NCBI GenBank assembly: GCA_964036045.1
Contig: OZ038379.1
Coordinates: 12,462,001-12,526,000 of the forward strand
Length of the DNA: 64,000 bases
Reading direction: 5' to 3'
Source: Eutreptiella sp. 'Long Island Sound 2002'
Taxonomy: Eukaryota; Protista; Euglenida
Shown: positions 58,571 through 64,000 of the stretch, one piece after another
How positions within the stretch are numbered: position 1 is the stretch's first letter
Layout: each line of letters starts with the position of its first letter
Notes under the pieces: generated by a model
Database searches by the model: none
What the model was told of the DNA's origin: nothing
The model's input: the letters and a program-made list of their open reading frames with translations, nothing else
Made by a program: the position numbers and the translations under genes

Positions 58571-59689
58571 TCCTTCTTGAGATTACTTGAACCTCTAGCT
58601 CTGATATTGAATTTGGCACAAGGCTTGCACGTTGCGCATGTGGTGTAAGCAGGGAGAGGTGCATCTACCCTTGTGGCTTGTGGTCCGCGACCACCACCTC
58701 AAGTTGCTAAGACCATACACACACACTTGCTGGTGCCTACAAAGGCCAAAAAAAAAGGCAAATGGCTCTTCGTGATGGAAACTCTCACACTACCATATAA
58801 TGGTAGTGCTGCGAGTAGTTGTCTGTGCTCATGCGCACTTCTAAAGGTGTACCATAGTGTAATGGGATGGTCAGGTACTTGCTTTCTTGTCAATCCACCG
58901 GGTCACTGCAAAGTAATGCACCTACCCAATGTACGGTATGTACGCCATGTGTGAAGGCGTCTTTCTGTGGCACATTGTGAAGGTTCCAGGTTTCAAGGAG
59001 CCCACCTAGTACTCCTCGGAGTCGATTGCCCAACACCCCTTCAAGTTGGGACCCGTGGAACACTTGGTCACCGCTCGAGCAGAACCACAAAAACCGTCTT
59101 CCTCAAAAAAAAAGCCCACAAGAAGGGAGTGAAACAACAAGGACCACAATCTAGTGAGGATGGTGCAAGGTCACATGCGTTTGAGGATGCCGTGGTAGTG
59201 CCCCCCAATAGGCGATTCCATCCCGCAAAGGAAATCATGGCACCAATTGAATCTTTCGTGCCCACCTTGGACTTGTGGGGTGTGTGAGAGGAAGGCGTAT
59301 TTGTGGTGCATGCACTACGAAGGGTGTGGTTTTTGCTTGACCACGGTTGAGTGTCCGATGCGTGGCCAAGTCCTTGCCAATGAGGATGCGTGGATTTTTA
59401 AGAAGTGGAAAATGTAGGTCAATGCGGATCCCTTCTGGAAGCCACCTTGCCCCGTGGTCCTATTGAAGACGAGGAGGACACAAACAAAACTATTGTACTA
59501 GCCGGTAGGGTTAGTGCGATTTCAAAGCCCTCCGTATGATTGATGAGGAGGAGCCCCTCTCCCCGCCCAGAGTAGCTGAACCTTTGGATGCTGGCACTCC
59601 TAGGGGGAGATTGTGCTATCTTTGTCACTATGGCATGGAAGGTTACCTGTAGGTGTCCTCTGGATGAGACCAAACCTCTTGTGGTGGGA

Positions 59690-60220
59690 GATTGGTTGAG
59701 TGACAAGGATATTGCTATATGGGCTTACTGACAAGTTGTATCACAATGAAATCGATGAGCCATGGGCATGGACTATAGCGGTGACATACGTTGTGTCCCA
59801 CCTACAAAAATGAAGATGTATGAAAGGACTCAGGCAACCCGTGGTGGTTTGGCCCGGAGGTGGTGGCACATATTTATTCTTAATATTGGCAATCTTGAAG
59901 GGCTTCACTAGTTTGTTTGTGCCATGGACTGCACAGGGCCAGTATGGGCCTTCAAAGTGTGGATTTGGGAGCCACTGTTTGGTATTTCCTTGATTTGGCC
60001 AATGTTGACACGCCTCCAACAAAACGGCATTTTGACACATGCTTTGGCTTTGGGTTTTCAAAAAGATGGTTCGTCATGTGGCTATCAATCCTTGCATCTT
60101 TGCGATGAGGTGGTTGGCCATCACAGAAGCTTGGAGGACATTGATGTTGTGCTGACACCTTTGCCGAAAGGATTCATCCGTGAAGCATTGCACATCATCA
60201 ATGCAGATTGCTGCGTCTGA
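59690..60220 (+). pseudogene. Ulp1/SENP-like (clan CE) cysteine protease relic
   Basis: DWLSDKDI, FILNIGNLEGLH*FVCAMD (HW with TGG>TAG at 59909), VWIWEPL, FQKDGSSCG. Confidence 0.75.
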
Positions 60221-61539
60221 GTCCTAGGCACCGTCTTGGAGATTGGATGGGAGGAGGACTTGACTTGCTGGAAGGCTAGGTCTCCTCCTACACCAGCCTC
60301 CAACTCTGAGTCCCCGCTCCCATGTACTTCGCCTCTCCTTTTTGAAGAAGAGGATCCTCTTTCACAACCCAAGGAGAATATTGCTACCACCCCCTCCTTG
60401 GAGCCGAAAGCTGGAGAATCTCCTCCTTCCCCAACCTCCAACTTTGAGGATGCGCCCCCAGACGGGCAGTCGGTGAAGGGCAATGTTGACGCCCCCCACC
60501 AATCCCGCACTCTATCTCTTTTGATCCCACCACGCATGATGACACCCGTCCGTACGTGTCCATCCCGGGGGAGCGATTCCACTTTCCCGAGGGGTGTTCA
60601 AAGGGTGCAGAGGGTCGGTTGGTGAGGGACCAAATGTTTCTTGATGGGTTGACCAAGGACATTAAGCTGAATATCCATGAAGCTGGTGCGTGGAACACCA
60701 ATCCGCGTGCAAAGCCTAAGTCAACAGACTTGCAGCCTGGTTTGATCTACAAACGTGTGTTTGCCGACTTCTTGTAGTTGGTGCATGTTTTGTGAGGTTT
60801 TGTAGCACATTCCCCTCTTCTCTTCTGTTGTCTCCCCTTCTCTCCACTCCTCTCTCCGACATTATTTATTTCTTTTCGCCATCTTTGGGCGATGAGTATA
60901 AAAACCACCCTTCGCGCTACGGCTCCATTGCTTTACATATGCCGGGGGCACCCAAAATGTCCGTGGGGGCTATATGCTTCACCTTCTCCGGTAGCAATGG
61001 TGGTTGTGGGTGGTTTTTGTGACTTTTCTTGTTGTTCTTTTTTTTTCCCCAGAGAAAAGATTTTTTTCCATACGTGACCTACACCCCAACCCCTCAAAAA
61101 AGTACATGCGATTTATCCCCCCTCCCCCCAATTTTTGGTCAAAAAGCGGTTTACCAAAAAGAAAAGTGCATGTAGCTTACGCCAAAAAAAAATACGCGAC
61201 TTATGCTTTTTTCTGCAATTGACCTACGCTTCCCTCCACCCCCTGAAGACCGTTTTTCTCCGGGCCTTGGGCCAATCAACAGATTTCTCTGCCGCCTTCG
61301 GCGCCATTAGTTGAGTTTTGGCACCTCTTAAAATTCAGCACCACTTGGGGGGGGGGGGGGGGGGCTGGACCCCCCTCCCCCTGGAAGGAGCCCTCGGAGC
61401 CCTCTACAGCAGACCTTTTTCAATTTATGCTGTTTTCAACCTTTTTTCCTTTTTCTTGATACTGACCCAGACTTTCCTTCGTGTGCCTGTGCATTTGCAT
61501 CTGTGCACGTGCCTGTGCATGTGCCTGTGCGTGTGTCTA

Positions 61540-61572
61540 TGTGCGCGCGCGCGCGCGCGTGTGTGTGTGTGC
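61540..61572. repeat. Alternating purine-pyrimidine tract (GC)n(GT)n
   Basis: gtgcgcgcgcgcgcgcgcgtgtgtgtgtgtgc; potential Z-DNA. Confidence 0.7.
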
Positions 61573-64000
61573 TTACGTGTGCATGCCAACTTGCGTGTGC
61601 GTAGGTGCGCTTAGCAAGAGGAAGAAAGGTACGGTGTGTAAATAAATCGCCAGTGCCAAGGGAACGCTGGAGACCGTGCCCATCCCATGAGCCCCTGCTG
61701 TGCAGGCAAAGACTGGATTGTACATACCAATGCGATCCCCCAACCCTTGGGGGACTGCCCATGGGATGGAACTCTTAGGAGTGCTGCCACGCGTGTACCT
61801 ACTAAATTGCTCCTACAGATACCAGGTGGTGGTCACTCGCTCGACATTCTGTTTGCCTCTGTGGCGCTGGTTCGTCACGTGGACTGCCCCCTACTGCCTG
61901 GACTGCTCCAGCTGATTGTCGGGCTTGTGCAATCAGGGGACATGCTTGACCGCTGCCATCAGCTGCCACCTACGGCCAACAAAGCCGGCGCTAATTTCAG
62001 CACATTGAGCCAGACCACAGGGCTGCATCCGCTTGATTACATCGGATGCTGTGCCTGTCTGCTCGACTTTTTATATTTCACATTTGTCATGGGCAAGTGC
62101 AGCGCACTCGGATATCCCTTTTGCATTGCAAGGGTGTTGGTGCAGCCGGGTATTATTGATATATTGTGCCATGCTTGAGCCCGCCCTACTCTACCACCAT
62201 TTCATGGAATTGTTTTTGCACTCCACAACAGCAAATTCAGGATGTTCTCGGAATACTTCGATGCATGGAGACGGCGACAGGAACATGTGGGGAAACATGC
62301 TTTTGTGGTGGGGGCTTGTGCCACCCTGTGTTTCTTGTCGAATCACATGCACACACCCCAATGCCATGAGATTTCTCACCACTGCCGTCACTGACCTGCA
62401 ACCTGACGAATTTCAATGATGGTGAAATTCGGTTCCTGTGCCTGAATTTGGAGGATGCAAAATAAGCGCAGTTTGGCTGCAAACCGCCCCAAACCAAGAA
62501 CGGGCCATATCTTGGGTTACGCGGCTCAAAATGCGATTTCAAGGGCACCCCATCCACCGCAACCCTCTACGTTTGTTTGTTTGGTTTGTGGTTTCCATCC
62601 CTTGGAACTGCCCAAATGGACGCCTAGACCCCTGTACCAGTGCTCATTTGGCCCCTGCAAGCAACAAGCTTGAGCCCCCAACGGCGGGCCCAAAATGGTT
62701 CCTGGGGTCCAATGAGGGCAGAAAATTGGCCTGCTTCTAGACGAAGTGCGTTGCCCAAAGAAGAGCTTCTGGCCCGTTTTGAGACTGTGGCAACCCATTT
62801 TGGCCCATTGAAAATCCAAAAGCCTTGACAATGGGCCATTTTGGGACCAAAAATGGGTGACCCATTCCCACCTCCATGCACTTGCCTTCCCGATTCCCAT
62901 CTATGTGCCCTTGCATTCACAACTGCATGCAAGGCCACCCCAACTACGCGTTGAAGCACCACAACATGCAAGACCACCCCCAATGCACACCGATGCACCA
63001 CAGCATGTAAGTCCCAGCAGGGCTGGGGACCCCCGCCCCCCAAAGCTGGTGCCCAAAAGGCGCGTGCCCCTCAATCCTGTCTGCAGTATGCCAGCTATCC
63101 CTGCAGCAGTACCAGTTGTCTTTTTCCGATAAATGCGATGATTGGATGTTTTATTGCTCTTGCCCCATTGCTCATCTGCTGAAACCCAGCGCCTGACCCA
63201 CCTGGTGGCCGAAGCAAGTATGGGTATCAGCAGCAAATGATCATATGATAATTTAAATTGTTTTGCCCCCCTGTGATGTTGTGTGCACTTATCATTGCGC
63301 TCAACCACCACCACCACCTTTTACATGTCTACCAGCTGCCAATGCCTCCCTCACACCCTCTGTGGCAGGCAAAGGTCAAGCAATAGGACGTGAGCATCAC
63401 CACATTTCAACACCAAAGGCACTGTTGCATGACCAACCGGAAACACCGCCACCATGTGCACCACCATCACACCAAACAAAACAACCTCACAAAAAAAATG
63501 TCCCCTTTCGGGACAGCCACCCAGAACGCATGCACAGCACCCACCCACATCGCCCACATTGGCTCCTCACAATATTGGCCGCCTCACCGTTACCGCTCCT
63601 TCCCCCGCAAGGTCATTGTCATCTGAAGACAACGGATCTTGACCATCTCAAGCTATGCGGCCCTTCACCCACAGCCAAAGCTTGCCCTTGGGTGCCCCTT
63701 ATGTCTTCTCCACCGTAAGGGACAACCACAACCCCTTATTGCTGCTGGTGCATCCCGTCCCCGGTGGACTCCCAAGACCCATTTTGGGGCCGGCCTGTTG
63801 GGGTCAAGCTTGCTGTTTGCAGGAGATTTCTAGGTCTTTTTCACACTTTCCATGGGCGAAAAAGGTCAAAACAGGCTCAAAGTGGGATCATTTCACTGGT
63901 TTGTGCCTCCCAAATAGTCTATCAGTTTTGGAGAAAAACGTTTTTGACCCATTTTGATGTGGACGGGGCTAGGATGGAAATTGAGGATTGGGGACATGGG

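Overview
A repeat-dominated eukaryotic window with no prokaryotic operon, rRNA or CRISPR signal. Canonical AG/GT exons, many poly-C/G tracts and the gag-YR-RT/RH gene order suggest a euglenozoan (euglenid-like) host; this is inference only. The main contents are two divergent tyrosine-recombinase (YR) retrotransposons of VIPER/TATE-like architecture. Element 1 (~10.6-15.9 kb) is decayed and has an extra fourth ORF with a Tudor-like pattern. Element 2 (28419-33750) has intact ORFs, split direct repeats amplified as a 327-bp unit, an att-like dyad at the B/A junction, and its YR in frame behind the gag UGA stop. In both elements the RT frame stays open across the whole YR gene. The window also contains PIF/Harbinger-like DNA transposons with TIRs and 3-bp TSDs (one hosts element 2), a deleted hAT element with an 8-bp TSD, RNase H and Ulp1-protease relics, a Schlafen/AlbA_2 exon, a 2089-bp tandem duplication, three related satellites, telomere-like hairpins and scattered host exons. 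All family calls are motif recognition by eye; no searches were run.
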